The position numbers and the translations under genes are program-made. The notes beneath the pieces were generated by a model. That model ran no database searches, was not told the DNA's origin, and saw nothing but the letters and a program-made list of their open reading frames with translations. Positions 10,546 through 24,040 of a stretch of DNA of 64,000 nt are shown here, one piece after another. Every line of letters starts with the position of its first letter. Position 1 is the first letter of the stretch. The DNA comes from Tubulanus polymorphus (Eukaryota; Animalia; Nemertea), in the NCBI RefSeq assembly GCF_964204645.1, contig NC_134029.1, positions 12,612,850-12,676,849 on the forward strand, in the 5' to 3' direction.

Positions 10546-13500
10546 TTTAGATTTCTTTTAATTTTTAAATAGTGGGTTTTTATCTTACGTCCGATAATAT
10601 CATCATTTTTTATGCATGTTGCTTGCTAAAAGTCACGAATTATGTCATCTTATATGTACGCAGCTTAGTAAAAGTAACAGATTATTCAAGATGAATATTG
10701 GGAAAAACAACACGGAAAATTTGAAATTTTTGAAACGATTTAAGCTTTTCAAAATCAGAATATTGAAGTATTTTATTAAATTTTGCTGTTAGCAAGGGAG
10801 ACATTTGCCTAGAGGAGATTTTTACCGGGGGATATTTACTGGGGGATTTTTCCGAAAGTAAAACATTTTAATGACAAAAATAATCAAAAATAATGTTGAC
10901 CTATACTTGAAAAAGCTGCATTTCTTCCAATTGAATTTTCATTAAATTATTGCCATGAAATAAAGGCAATTTCGATTAATCTTAAAACTTCAAAACTTAT
11001 CACATTATACAAACAGATTTAGCTCGATGGTTATCGGTTACAGTTTTATCGCTCTAATATTTCACATCCTTAAAGACCATATTCAGAATCTTTAGATTTT
11101 AACTGCCCTGAAAACTAAATAGCGTATGCATACAGTTTTGCACTACTGTTTATACGCTGTTTATATTGTCACCTATCACTGCAAATCTGAAGCACATGTC
11201 GCTATTTATAACAGGGAATCTGGCAAGCGAATTCACACTGAAAAGAAGATGCTTTTGGAGAGTGGCATGATCGCGGGGGGGGGGGGGGCAGACTTGAAAT
11301 AAATGCCATGCCGCCATTGAGTAATTTAGATAAATGTTCGAGAATCTAGCTTTTGGAGAAGGGCCACAGGTGCATAAGGCACAACAGGGGTGTGGTATTT
11401 GAAGAATGAGATGCGTTTAGGTGCTTTCTGAGCACTTTCTTAGTTGAAATTAGGAATGGTATATGCTCACAATTTCAGGCATGTTTTATGTAAAAAGGAT
11501 AATAACGATTACAATAGATTCAAGGAGGCTAAGAATATCTAATGTATAAAATGAAGGTTAAAATCTATCTAAGCCCACGAACTGTTGAAGAATTCCAGAA
11601 TGTAACGCTATGCAGAAATACGACAATAACGGTTTTACACTGGTATCCTTTTTAACAGCAGGCGATGAAAAAAATTATGACTATCGCACATTTGAGCCTT
11701 AACGTAACTTTTTGTTAGTAGCCACTTAAGATTTGCGGTGATACTGACAACGTGGACACACTGAGAAACTAGTGGAAAATTATATTCTCACGCTATAGTT
11801 TGGGGTATAGTTGTATTTTTAGTGACTCGGTTAAGCTCTGAAGATAGTCTAACAAATAAAAATCGAGATTGGAGTAAATTAGTTAACAAATTGTCATTGG
11901 TTATGGATTTTACGACGAATCGAAATTTCCTTCTTTTCATGGCGATATTAGTTTAATGAAGAATTCGATTTTAACAAATGCAGCTATTTTCAAGCATGTC
12001 TGCATTCATATTTTGATTTAATTTCTTAAATTAGAAGCGTAATCATGAATTCAGGCTAACCTCTCATTATTGAAATGGTGGTTTATTTTCAACGGGGGTC
12101 TGGATGTCTTTGCATCATAAAATTAAGATGTGCATTTTGGAGTGTTCGAACCTCCCATGATTTTATATTAATTTCGCTGAATCGTTGATTTAAAGTAATC
12201 AAATATGCGGTATCTATAATGGATTTATGTGGATCTATCAGTGCATTCTAAAGAAATCTTCCGATCTGAGGCCGAATTTAATAGAAATAAGAAATTTCGT
12301 ATAGTATTCAAGATTTCATTTGGATTATGGTAACGGCCTCTGGTGATCTTCACCGTGGGGTCATGAATGAAGAAATACCGTAATAGAACTCTTAATATGA
12401 TAACATGTGTTGAGATGAAACCGCAACGTTTTGACTGTTGACTAACAGCCATTATCAGATGGAATGTAGACATTGCAGTGATTGAGCCAGATGACAGATG
12501 GCAGAAGTCAGATGGCAGTCACTGAAAATCCGAACGTTCTTGTGGTTTAACTTTGATAATTAAATGTCATCGTATAAAATTTTATTGCAGAATTTCTTCA
12601 TTTATCGGATTAGTGTTCCATTCGACTACTTTGGGTGATTTAGTTGTTTAGATAGAAAATTATTTACTTGTCGGCACGGAAGGTATATACAACCATGTCA
12701 GTCGCTACGGGAGAGATTCTATGTATACCGGCATCTTAAATCGTACCTTATAGTTATATTGGAAAAAAAACTGATAAAGTACCTTAAAATTCAGCGATTC
12801 ATTGGCATTTTATTTCATTGGCATCTTCAAATAGAGTTTTGAGGTGCTATGTTTATTACCATTAAGAGGTCATTATTTTTTTGGTCAGTGCAGTTTGTTT
12901 ATTCGTTCATCAATCACTGTCTAGTTAGCCAGTGTAATTCCCCTGCTGACTGATAGCTGCTGCTGGGTTTTTGATAACCTATACAAACAATTTACTCAAC
13001 AAAGTAGGAAAGCACGTGAAACTGAAATTTCAGCCTTGCATTCTTTTACTTAGACCAGAAGAGGTTTTTTTTTATCAAATTGGAATACCTGATTTCAAAA
13101 CTACGTGAACATCTCAACTGAATTTATTTCAGTATTTATTCAATCAATAATGATAATTGATAGGCTTATTCTCACTAGCACGCTCAGTAAGTAATGGGTA
13201 TTAGATTATAATATCATGCACTATTATTTTGACCTTATATTAGAGGTTGTAATATCATTTCAACCAAACTGTATAACTATGAAATGAAATTTCAGTTAAG
13301 GTATCAATTCTAATAAGCGATAAAAGGGTTCAATATTCATAAACGAACAAGCAGAGAACAGCGTGACAAAGTGATGGATTACTTAAAATGATTGAATCGA
13401 AATAAACAATAATTGTAGGTTAATTCTAAGTATTTTAGATACATTTTTGGGGAACATTTTTGTAGTCTTTCACCCAAGTAAAGAGATCTAAAGACATAAT

Positions 13501-14562
13501 CCATTTCATGATTATATGATTTTATTTGTATTTTCGTCTCTCATATATCCTTGAAGACAAATTCATTTCCACAGAATCAAAGATTTATGACAGTATGAAT
13601 GCACCAGCATGTTTTATAATCGCAAATATAAAACAAAAATCATAAAATTCTAAATTAGATCTGGCACAATACTTGTTTTAAAGCGTTTAATCCATAATGA
13701 TGTTATATAAATCAATAGTTTTCCTATTGGTTATTCCCATTTTGTTGAGCGTGATATAATTTAGGGGTTCTTAGCAACTCAGAATCTAGGATTTCTATTG
13801 ACAGAACTGTATTCAAAGCATACAGAGTTCTGTATACAAAGCATATGGGGTTTAACAGTACCTTTGACCCTGTCACGTATCACTGCAAATTTTTAACAGA
13901 TGTGGCTATTTTGAACAGGAAATTACTGTGCCATCTCAAAATGGTCATTTTTCACTAGTTGACTTTGAGAAACGATGTGTTTTGAGGGAAGCTATTGTGG
14001 TAGGAGTTAGCACATCATATGTTTTACAACAGTCACTTTTCAGCAGTAAACTCTTTCAAATAGCCTATGGAAAACCAACTGAATTGAAAGGTAGACTATT
14101 TTGCGTCAGTTTATTTGTTATTTGTGATTACATCCAGCAGTCAAATGATTTCATTTCAAACGTTGCTCAACTTACAATCGTCACGATCTTTTGTATATTT
14201 TTCTGTCATATCTGAAACTCGGGTCCCCAGGGCGAATCGCTATTAAAGCTGTAAGACTACATCGAAATACCGATAACGTAAGCCAAAAGCCGTTACCGCT
14301 CTCCGCAAAATAGATTCGTTACCGTAATCCAACTGAATTTTTATAGAATATATGTAACGAAATTTATCAATGAATCGGTCAAATGAAACATTTTCTTTAG
14401 AATATGTAAATATGCATGGATTCAGCGTAAATTCAAATCAGCGAAATTAATATAATAATCAACGATTCAGTGATTCAGCGAAGTTTGAACACCCCCAAAA
14501 CAATGCACATCTGACTCCAATTCTATATAAATTGTCATCCGATTCTAGAAATGTTTTCTTAT

Positions 14563-14788
14563 TGTGGGCTGCACTCCCACTTATGAGGACCAGGTCCGTA
14601 AGAGAAGAAGAGAGTAAACCGGGAGAACACGTCTTTACTGTATCAGCATCATAAGACAACTAACTCTATTTCCCATAATATAAACTACACTAAAAAGAGT
14701 ACATGTGGTCAAGTAATTACATAGATCCATCATCTTGACAGCTGCGGTTCAGAGACTACTTCAAAGAATACTTCGGCTATTGCCGACA
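14563..14788 (-). repeat. BEL 3' LTR
   Basis: 6 mismatches in 226 bp versus 18523-18748. Confidence 0.95.
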
Positions 14789-15468
14789 CTGCCAGGCGGC
14801 AAAGGTGTGGTTTAGCATGTCAAGTCTGGTAGTAAAGTAAACAAAGTACATAAGTTAATTTAGCAGATTCGAGGAAAATTAAAAAATTAAAAGTAATTAA
14901 AACGTTATACATGAATTCAAAGAAGGCAAATTTAAGTACAGTGAGTATAATGATAAGCGATCGTCTAATTTGAATTTCTAACAGGCATTGCGTTGTGTTT
15001 GTAACATATTTGATATAATTATGAATTCTAAAATCATATTAGTTTAATGTAATCATCATTTAAACATTAATCTACATTTCCTACATTCATTGATAAACAT
15101 AGTTCATAGAAATGTAATTTATGAAAGCATATTGAAGAAATTGATAAGCATTTAAATATATGTAGCGGTATATATAATCATACGTAATTGAGAATTTCAG
15201 CAAATTAAGGTTACAGGCGTAAACAGTAAACATTTTAATGAGTCATTAATTACAGTCATTAGTTTCATAGATAAAATACCATTCTTCGTTAGATGATCCT
15301 CCAGCCGCGAAGGGAATAAACGCATTAAAGTAAACAGTCATTCATACGCGCGCGGAGTGACCACGAAGGTCAACGTTAATGTAAACATAAACACGCAGAA
15401 AGTTTCGTAACGGGAAATAGTTGTATATACGTACGCAAATAGTTTGTAACACGATAAAACGATTAAGT

Positions 15469-16477
15469 TCAGTTCAAAATATCGGCGGTCCATTGTTTCA
15501 AATTTTCTCTCGCAGCGACCGCGAAACGTCTTTTCGGGAGAGTGTCTTCATTTTGATCAGTAACTGGGTCGAAATCAGTTTCGGGTTGATCATCGGGTTG
15601 ATGGTTTACTTCCAACGGATACAATTTGGTAATAGGTCGGTTCGTACGACCGTTTGCTGTTTTTATATCCGCAGCACGAATCAGTCCATCTTTTCCACGC
15701 AATAGTCTCTCGACGAGAGCCATTTTCCATTTAACGCGTTTGACGTTATCCTCGTGAACTAGGACAATGTCACCGACTTTTATCTGGTTCGAGCGTTTCC
15801 CGGTGCCAGTGTGTCTTTCGCGTAATTGAACTAAATATTCATCGGACCATCTCTTCCGGAATCGTTCCAAAAGTGATGACAGGTATTTCGCGCGTTTTTG
15901 ATGTTCAGACACCGCGGAAAGGTAGTTTGGATCATCGAGATCCACGGAAGTCCAAGTCGGCAATGTGGTAATCATGCGGCCATGTAGTAAATGCGCTGGC
16001 GTAAGAGGGGTCGGATCTAGCGGATTTTCGGTGCTATAGACATAGGTAATGGGTCTATCATTGAGGCTAGCTTCGATTTCGACCACTGCGGTGCGGAGTT
16101 CATCTTCAGTGATGAACGCATGGCGTAGAACCTTCCTGAGGCACATTTTCGTGATGCCAACAAGACGTTCCCAAAATCCCCCGTACCAGGGAGCACGTTT
16201 CGGGATGAAATCCCACTGGATACGATTACCCGCGAAGTTACGTTGTACGTCGGGAGAATCGAAGAGTTGCCGGATCTCCTTCGCGGCACATTCGAATGTA
16301 CTTTGATTGTCCGAAACGACTTGTTTAGGTGTCGAACAACGCGATACAAAGCGGCGGAACGCGCGTAGAAAGGTTGCGGTGCCCATGTCCGTTACGATGT
16401 CCAGATGCACCGCACGAGTCGAAGCACACGTAAACAGAACGATGTAACACTTCGACTCGTTGTTTGAATGGCGAATT
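15469..16477 (-). pseudogene. BEL integrase core plus DUF5641-type C-terminus (N-terminally truncated, out of frame with gag)
   Basis: KCYIVLFTCASTRAVHL, SDN, PKRAPWYGGFWERLVG, LNDRPI, RW..EYL..LR, RPITKLYPLE. Confidence 0.92.
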
Positions 16478-18487
16478 AATACCCAGAGTCTCGATATCCC
16501 AGAACTTATTGAGTTTGTCGCTTTCGCGTCGATAATCGGTTTTAACGAACATAGCTCGTTGCAAATTGTGTTTCGTTTGTCCGACGATCGGGCCAGATAA
16601 CAGGTAGCCCAATTTCGAAGCAACGGCAGTCGGACCATTTCCGCGAACAGTTTCGTTTTCAACCAATTGCCAATAGTAATCAGCGCCAATCAAAATCGAT
16701 AAATCGTAGGAGTAATCGGTGTAAGTGAGCGGGTGCGCTAATTGTAATCCATTCAAGTAATCGAGATTCTTCGGATTGTAACTATATGTTTGCATCGGAG
16801 ATGAAATCGTATCGGTGACAAGAGCTTTTAAGTCCAGAATTGAGCCATTTTTTGTTTTCAGTTTTACGGTGACCTGATCAAACAGTCTGCTACAAGGCGC
16901 GGTATCACCAAAGACGACGAGATTGATGTCTTCTGATGAGTTGATTTTCAGACATAGTTTATCAGCCATGTCACGGGTAATGAAAGTCTTGGTGGAACCT
17001 TCATCAAACAAGATGAACGCCTGTTCGAAATGGTCATCGTTACCATGGGCGACATCTGCTACTGCAGTTTTTAACAGTACCGGTCCAGCTGTTCGTATAT
17101 TGGTATTTCTTTCGGTCAGAATTGATTGATGACTCTCGGTTATTCGGTTGGTTTCTCTCGGGTTGTTGAAAACCTCATGTAGAAGAGTATGATGTTTTTT
17201 ACTTTGGCACTTCCTGCATGAGAAATTCGATCTGCACTCATTTAACTTGTGCATCCCAAAGCAATTAAAACATCTTCGCGCGGTTTTGATGATTTCTAGT
17301 CGTTTTGTCGGATCGGTAACGAAGGTACAATCCCTGGCTTCATGTGGTCTTCCGCAAAATAAGCATTTCCTTTCGCGCCGAAATTGTTGCCTGTTTCTAG
17401 GTTCGGTGCGATTTCGTTGATGACCACGGGTGAAGAGTGAAGTCTGATACGGTTGTAAATCGTGTGTTGCGTGGTCACCCATTCCAATTTCAAGTGCTTC
17501 AATTTCTCGACGGATAGAATTTCGTAGAGAAGTAAATTTCCACTCCTCTGACGGCGGTTGGTTTCGAGCGATTTGAGTTCGTACTTCGAGCGGAAGTTTG
17601 TTCATTATCATCGGTATGAGTAGCGAGCTGTACGATTCCTCGCTTGTCCCTAAAGCCTGAAGCCCGCGCACGTGACTTTCGATGGTATCGTAAAAGTTTC
17701 TCAAACTATCCACCTCGTAACGCGGTTGTTTCAATTCTAATAGTGCGGACATATAAGCATTCGTGATTTTTTGTTTTTGTCCGTACCTTTCCTTTAGTAA
17801 GTCCATAGCGTGTCCGTAGTTGTTGTTCGTGAGACTTAATCCTTTGATGGTTTTCAGAGCTTCGCCGTGCAATTGACACTGTAGATACTGGAACTTTTGG
17901 ATCGGTGAAATGCTGTTATTTTGATCGACAGCGGAATTAAATGCATCAATGAAAGTTATCCAATTTAGTACATTCCCATCGAAATTCGGTAGTACTAATT
18001 TCGGTAAATTAGTACCTCTCATGTTCGTAGTTTGCGGCGGTGCGGGTGGCGCGTGATTTTCGTTCGTGTTGTCGTCTGAAATAGTCGGCGGAAGATTCTG
18101 AGTGACTGAAGCGCTGATCGGTTGAGCTACCGCTGAGATTGTCTCTTCTTTCGGTTGTTTCGTGAGTTTTTTGCGCCAGCATTCCACGATAAGTAATCTC
18201 TCTTCAGCTTGTTCCACGAAATCTTCAGCTTCCGCCATGGCAATTTCGAGTTCGTTTTCATCGGTCGAATCGATGATAGTTTGATCGAGTCCAATGATCG
18301 TTTGAATCTTCGTTTTTATTTTCGTTGTTTTCCGTTCGGCCAATGCCTGAAGTTCGTCACCTTGTAGTTTGGTTTCGATTTTGAGCTGTTCAAAACCGTC
18401 GAGTAATTTCACGAGTTGGCTCCGGTGCGAGCGTCTGCTTCTAATTGACCGATTCAGGTCTGGTCCAACCGAGTTATCTTGCGACAT
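16478..18487 (-). CDS. gag: BEL gag (DUF1759-type, three Cys/His knuckles) plus aspartic protease, ending at the deletion junction
   Basis: ATG at 18487 (MSQD), LPKLVLPNFDG, KFQYL, CLFC..H..C / CFNC..H..C / CRKC..HH.LLH, ILFDEGS, KLGYLLSGP, FWDIETLGI. Confidence 0.9.
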
Positions 18488-18502
18488 GATGTGATCTGTA
18501 GT

Positions 18503-18520
18503 ATCCTGGTCACGGCACCA
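18503..18520 (-). other. BEL primer-binding site (tRNA-His)
   Basis: TGGTGCCGTGACCAGGAT, 2 nt inside the 5' LTR end, complementary to the tRNA-His 3' end (..GUCACGGCACCA). Confidence 0.85.
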
Positions 18521-18522
18521 AT

Positions 18523-18748
18523 TGTGGGCTGCACTGCCACTTAAGAGGACCAGGTCCGTAAGAGAAGAAGAGAGTAAACCGGGAGAACACGTCTTTACTG
18601 TATCAGCATCATAAGACAACTAACTATATTTCCCATAATATAAACTACACTAAAAAGAGTACATGTGGTCAAGTAATTACATAGATCCATCATCTTGACA
18701 GCTGCGGTTCAAAGACTGCTTCAAAGAATACTTTGGCTATTGCCGACA
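18523..18748 (-). repeat. BEL 5' LTR
   Basis: TGTCGGC...CCCACA on the minus strand, adjacent to the PBS. Confidence 0.95.
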
Positions 18749-19273
18749 CTTATCAATCATGGCAATTGCGCAATATAAGTATAAGGCTCTCACTTAAACT
18801 TCTTTTAAATCCTTAATTTGGAATGTGTACGATGTTCATTCCTACATTCAAGTCATTCCTCAATGATAGGAGACGTTTGACTGAAACACTTTTGGATTCC
18901 TCGTTAGTCAAAACTACAAATCAACCGACTGATATTGGACCAGCAATAACTTCAAAAACTGATCAAGTTAACTGACTGATCTTGGATTAGTGAATACTGC
19001 GAATATAATGCAGTAAACCTACCGAGGTTACAATATTGTAGCCTCGGTCAGTGTATGCAGATAAATCCGCGCAAGTCAACCGACCTAGGTTACAATATTG
19101 TAGCCTCGGTCAGTGTTCCTCTGATGAATCATACATTTGCCTGAACCTAGTCTGCCAGGTTACTTATTGCTTTGTCTTTATCCTGGCCCAATCATAACCG
19201 TATTTCTTTTTTTAGCTTTACAACTGATTCCACGAATTTAATAATTCCATTTTCGAATAATAATGTGTTCTAA

Positions 19274-19812
19274 GCGTATTTTGTTACCACTATCAATTAG
19301 AAACTTGTAGCTCATAACGTGTTCTATGATTGTGGTGAGTTTCAAGGTCATTGGTTTTTGTATATGGCCACCAGGGGGCGTTGAATAATACAATATCTTA
19401 GTATTTCTATATTATATTCGTATCAATGCATATTTTGTAACCACAATCAATTGCAAAGTTGTAGCTCATGACATCATCTATGATTGTGGCAAGTTTTAAG
19501 GCCATTAGTTATTGCAATTATATGGTCACCAGGGGTCATTGAATAGTAGAATAACTTAGTATTTTCTTATTATATTGGTACCAAGGCATATTTTGTTACC
19601 ATGATCAATTGCAAAGTTGTAGTCAATGACATGTTCTATGATTGTGGGTAGGCCTACCTAGGCATATTTTTACCACGATCAATTACAAAGTTATAGTTCG
19701 TGACATGTTCTATGTTTGTGGTGAGTTTCAAGGTCATTGGGTTTAGAATATGGTCACCAGGGGACGTTGAATTGTAGAATAACTTAGTATTTCCTTATTA
19801 GATTGGTATCTA
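19274..19812 (+). repeat. HINE family A, 3' part with ~155-bp tandem core units
   Basis: Unit TTTTGTTACCA..GTAGCTCATGAC..GGTCACCAGGGG recurs at ~19279, 19433 and 19591. The same units occur at 41130-41633 and 47105-47330. Confidence 0.8.
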
Positions 19813-22554
19813 TTCATGAAGTTAAATCAGAAAAGGAAGCAGATACTCAAAGAAAATGGTTAGGTTTTGTCATTTGTATCAATTAATAAATGAATTGTCG
19901 ATACCCTGGGGTTGATACTATTTTACGGGCTTCTCACTTTATCTATGTCTGTAGAATGTTGCACGGAGAACTCCGAACACCAGGCGGAAATAGCCGATTA
20001 GCAATTAGCACACTGTGAGTTTGATTGATAGCGCTACGGATTGTGTCTATTACAGGAGTCCAAGCTCTCTTCTAGTATCACGCGCTTGCAAATGCATTTT
20101 GTTTCAGTTTGTTTGAAATAAAATTCAACATGGCCAGAAATATTTTAAAGAAATACCCGCTTGTTTTAATGCTTATATCGGATTCTGCAATGTAATAATA
20201 CAGATTACAGAACGAAATCTTGCTTTCGGCTTTCATCACCGCTGGAATATGAGATGCTTCAAGTTTGCTGCACTACGAGCAACAAGTAAATACACTATTA
20301 CTACATACACGTAAGTGTCTCACGTGGAGTGCGGCATTGCTGTGGCAACTCAGTTGGATTGATTATAATAGCTCAGACGAACAAGTGCCAGGTTTTTTTT
20401 AAAATTAAACTGGACAATCCAGAATTAGATCATGAATGAGGCAATTCTCTCAGGGAATTTTATGGGCTCATCATAAAATGTTAACTCTCGCCGGAATGAA
20501 ATGACGAATTGGGCTCTCCGGTATAGCGGTACAAAATTTCAGTAAGGACCATGGGTCCAGCAGGATCAACTGAGTACATTTTAGTTTTGAGCAAAAAATC
20601 GATATGTTTGGTTTACCTTTGTCAGCAGTATGAGCTTGGCATTGAGCCAATTCATGTAAAATCGCTGAATAATCGTCGTAGCAGAAGATGAGCACTGTTG
20701 TTTCTGTTTGATACAATTTGTAATAAATTGTAATTTCTTGTGACCTGAAAATACTAAGCATCAAACTATAGGTATAGGTCGAGGACTGAATATTGTAGTG
20801 GTAAATTCCAGGATTTAAAACGATCTAAAACTACGCCCCGGTGTTTTAGCTTCCGCGGCCATACATTGGAAGAGGTTTCGTTTCCAAGACTCAATATTCA
20901 GCCACCCTCTGATATGTGACATCATATGAATTTTATTTGAATATTTTTTCATATTGTGAAAAATATTTTTTTGAAAATACAAAATAGTTGCCAATGCCTC
21001 GCCTACCTGTACCCTACGAAATTTTGGACGTAGACCATAAACAAATGTTTATCTTTGGTCTTATTTGACTACAAAATAATTCTTTAAGAAAGATGAAATA
21101 CAATATAAACTTCTAGAACTTTGAAGCCACGAATTAAAAAGATATTTCAAGCAATGCTCTTATTCCAAACAACCTCTAGCTTTCAGGGTAAACCACACTT
21201 TGCCCATGGGCAATTTATTTTGAAGTTGCAATTACGTATAAACAGCTGATAAAGATGAAATCATCATGGTGCACTGTGTAGTAAGCATGTTTAACTTTGA
21301 TGATATACATGGTAATGGGTTTTCCCTATGAGTCACAAGTACATGGTAGAACAGTTCTTGATATTGATGTCACTGGGAAAGCCCTTCTAGAGGGATTCCC
21401 AAGTGATGCCCTTCTGAAGGGCTTTCCCCGTGATGTCAGGAAACAAGGTGAAGCAACGATTAGTAGAATGGGGAAAAATTCAGTGAAGTACATTATCTCC
21501 AAGCACTTCCAAACAGCTTAGAGCTGATGGTCGAAACTTGCCATATCAATTCCAGTACCTATTTCCCTCCTAATGACAAAATATCAGTTGCGTATATCGA
21601 TTGGTTACAATTTGTGCCTCAGAGAGCTAACAGAAAGTTACTCTCAGGACCATTCTATAAGGATAAACACAGTTGATCCTAAAAACCGGGACTGTCCCGG
21701 CAGGGACGTCTGGCATGTCTGTATAGGCCAGTATAATAAGATACACTTTCCTTGAATCTTTTATGTTGCGCACCCTGAGTGCGCATGCCATCAATTAGCC
21801 AATCAGAACGAGCCATTGGTAGAATAGCATTAACAGGAATAATGCCGCATTGGCAAAATACCCACTGCTATGATTTAATGCTTTGGGCCCAAATGCAGGG
21901 TAAAAATTCAATATCCAAATAAAATTGAGACTCTTAAGAGATAGTAAGTTTCCAGTTTCATTGACAACAATTCTTTTGCATTATACCTCATGCTCGTAAT
22001 TCCAGGGTCTGTCTAAAGAACATACCTCTAACCGCCCTTTGGTTTTTAGAGTGGTGAAAGTGAGAGCAAATCCTAGTTCTCTACTAAGCTAATCATGGAA
22101 ATTGATTGAGAACTAGGATTTGGATATTCTACTGGACCAGATATAGATGCTTTTCGTCCGCGTCGTCTTGCCGCCGAGGAAGCGTCCGTGAGAATCAGGA
22201 ATATTCTCCAACAAGACGATTGACATTTTGCGCCCCAGAGGATGCGTATTATAATTTGTGCAAAGATACGTGTGATTAATTTGTGAAAGTACGAAGTTTT
22301 TGTGAAATCACGTATATTATTTGTGTTTATATTTTTTGTAATTTTCATTTTTCAGCCCGCAGAATGTTGAGGATTTATGTATTATGATTTATGTATCATA
22401 TGTTCATGTATTATACACAGTTGTAACTGCTTTGCGTAGTTGACTGATTTTCTGTAACATAGTTCAATGAGCATGACTGTACGTACTATAAGTAGCCAAA
22501 CTGCAAATAAAATCATTATTATGTATCAAGTCTATACCAGAGTTCGTGTCTGTA

Positions 22555-22814
22555 GTCTTGTTGAGGACCTAACCTAAGGGAAAACAGCACAAATGGATGC
22601 CAGTCGGCCATCTTGAATCTGATAGGGCCAGTTTTGGGTTGAAGATGTGTTAAGGGTAGATACATGTGTAACCCAAATATTAAGACATTGCATTGAAGCG
22701 TCTTTAAAACCTCCGAAAATAACTGGATCCCGTCTACCGACGGATGGCGGAACTGACAGACACGCACGAATGACGCATATCCCGCTAGGACTAAAGTCTC
22801 AAGTGGACTAAAAA
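22555..22814 (-). mobile_element. HINE family A 5' fragment
   Basis: Reverse complement of 3583-3800 (TTTTTAGTCCACTTGAGACTTTAGTCC...TTCAAGATGGCCGACTGG). Confidence 0.75.
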
Positions 22815-23729
22815 GGTTTGATAAGGGCACAGCAAGCGCCGAAGGCAGGCAGTGCTGAATGAAATTTGGGCTTATAAGATTAGAAAATCATGAGGAAACA
22901 GATCGAATGAATTCTAATTTTTGCGAGAAAAAAACTTCCTTACTTAAATCTAGGTCTCGGTACCACTGTCTGCTAAAAAGATAACTATTTCGATTTTGAC
23001 AAAGTGTCAAGAATTTTAATGGTTTAAATCTCTTTGTGAAAACATAATGTAACCAATGACATTTATATGGTGGAAACTGAGAGGGGTTTTTGCAATATTG
23101 AAGATTTTTGTTTGGTGGTAATTTAGAAATTAGCTCCATTTGAAAATAAAAGGAAGACGAGAAGATTGCAACGCATTTCTTAATTACCTTCTAAGAGAAA
23201 ACAAGATAGAAATTCTAAAAATGGGCTTGCTGACATGGTTGTACTGAAAGCTTGCTTGGTGGTTTTGCATTTCTTTAGTGGAAATTAATCGAACTTTGAA
23301 CTGATTACTTTTTAAAGAACTAAGAGATCGGTGTTATCTTACACCGTTACATGAAATGTTTCACCCGGGGACTGGGTATGGGAATGATTTTATTGTAGAA
23401 GTGGACCAAGTTAGTACAAGCTTCAAGATAGTTGATATTTTAATATTGTAGTGTCTTAACGGAATCTATCATCATGTTGATAATTGCTAGATTACTTATC
23501 GGATTGTGTTGAAATGATTTTGCTGTCATAGAAAAATTCGAGTGACTTCAGGTGAAGAGAAGCGAACACGAAAATAGATAGGAGCCACGATTTTTCTTTT
23601 TAAAATAATAAAGACATTAAGCAAGAATAAGTTGCATTTCCTTCAAATGACAATCTACTACGATCATCCGATAAAGTTTATTGCCACCATAGACTACCGC
23701 CCCCTGGCTCTTTGAAGAGACCGGGAACC

Positions 23730-24040
23730 AGAGAGGCTTGAGCTTGTCAGTTCCAGACATGTTACTGCATAACAAGACTGTTATTCTGTCTTTGAAGAGT
23801 TTGGTACCGTGGCACCTGTCAGTCTTGTCTACCATTGGTCTTGTTGGTAGTGCTTTAAAGAATAGCCCAGTCTCGTCACAGTTATAGATATCATCGGCGT
23901 TATATTCATCTATCAGGTCACCTAATCTCTCCTTCCACGTTGAAACGGTTACTAGGTTGATGCTCTCACTTTCACCACTCAGAAAAAACTGTCGCCCTCT
24001 AGCCATATTACGTGAGGCAAGCGCGTGCTGGCAGATCACT
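23730..24040 (-). pseudogene. pogo/Tigger-type DDE transposase fragment
   Basis: LSGESES, IYNCDETGLFFKALP, KDRITVLLCSNMSGTDKL. Confidence 0.88.

Larger units (their letters stand above)
14563..18748 (-). mobile_element. BEL/Pao LTR retrotransposon, internally deleted (no RT or RNase H)
   Basis: Two 226-bp TG..CA LTRs, 5-bp TSD CTTAT (14558-14562, 18749-18753), tRNA-His PBS, and gag-protease joined directly to the integrase core. Confidence 0.95.
4190..19269. mobile_element. 15-kb TIR-bounded DNA element (Kolobok-like ends), no transposase seen
   Basis: Ends AACACATTATTATTCGAAAATGG... and ...CCATTTTCGAATAATAATGTGTT are ~78-bp near-perfect inverted repeats. Each end also has two copies of CACTGACCGAGGCTACAATATTGTARCCT at matching offsets. 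CTAA flanks both sides (4186-4189, 19270-19273). Removing it rejoins HINE family A as seen uninterrupted at ~41125. Confidence 0.8.

Noticed and set aside
12925-12980. Possible terminal exon on the minus strand
   Set aside because: Short, with no recognisable homology or partner exon.
18488-18619. N-terminal extension of the 764-aa BEL ORF and its twin ORF at 14459-14659
   Set aside because: It runs through the LTR and PBS from a non-ATG start; the real gag start is 18487.
20130-20316. Candidate first exon of COPE (ATGGCC... ending in GTAAGT)
   Set aside because: The ATG frame stops after 21 codons and no frame resembles the COPE N-terminus.
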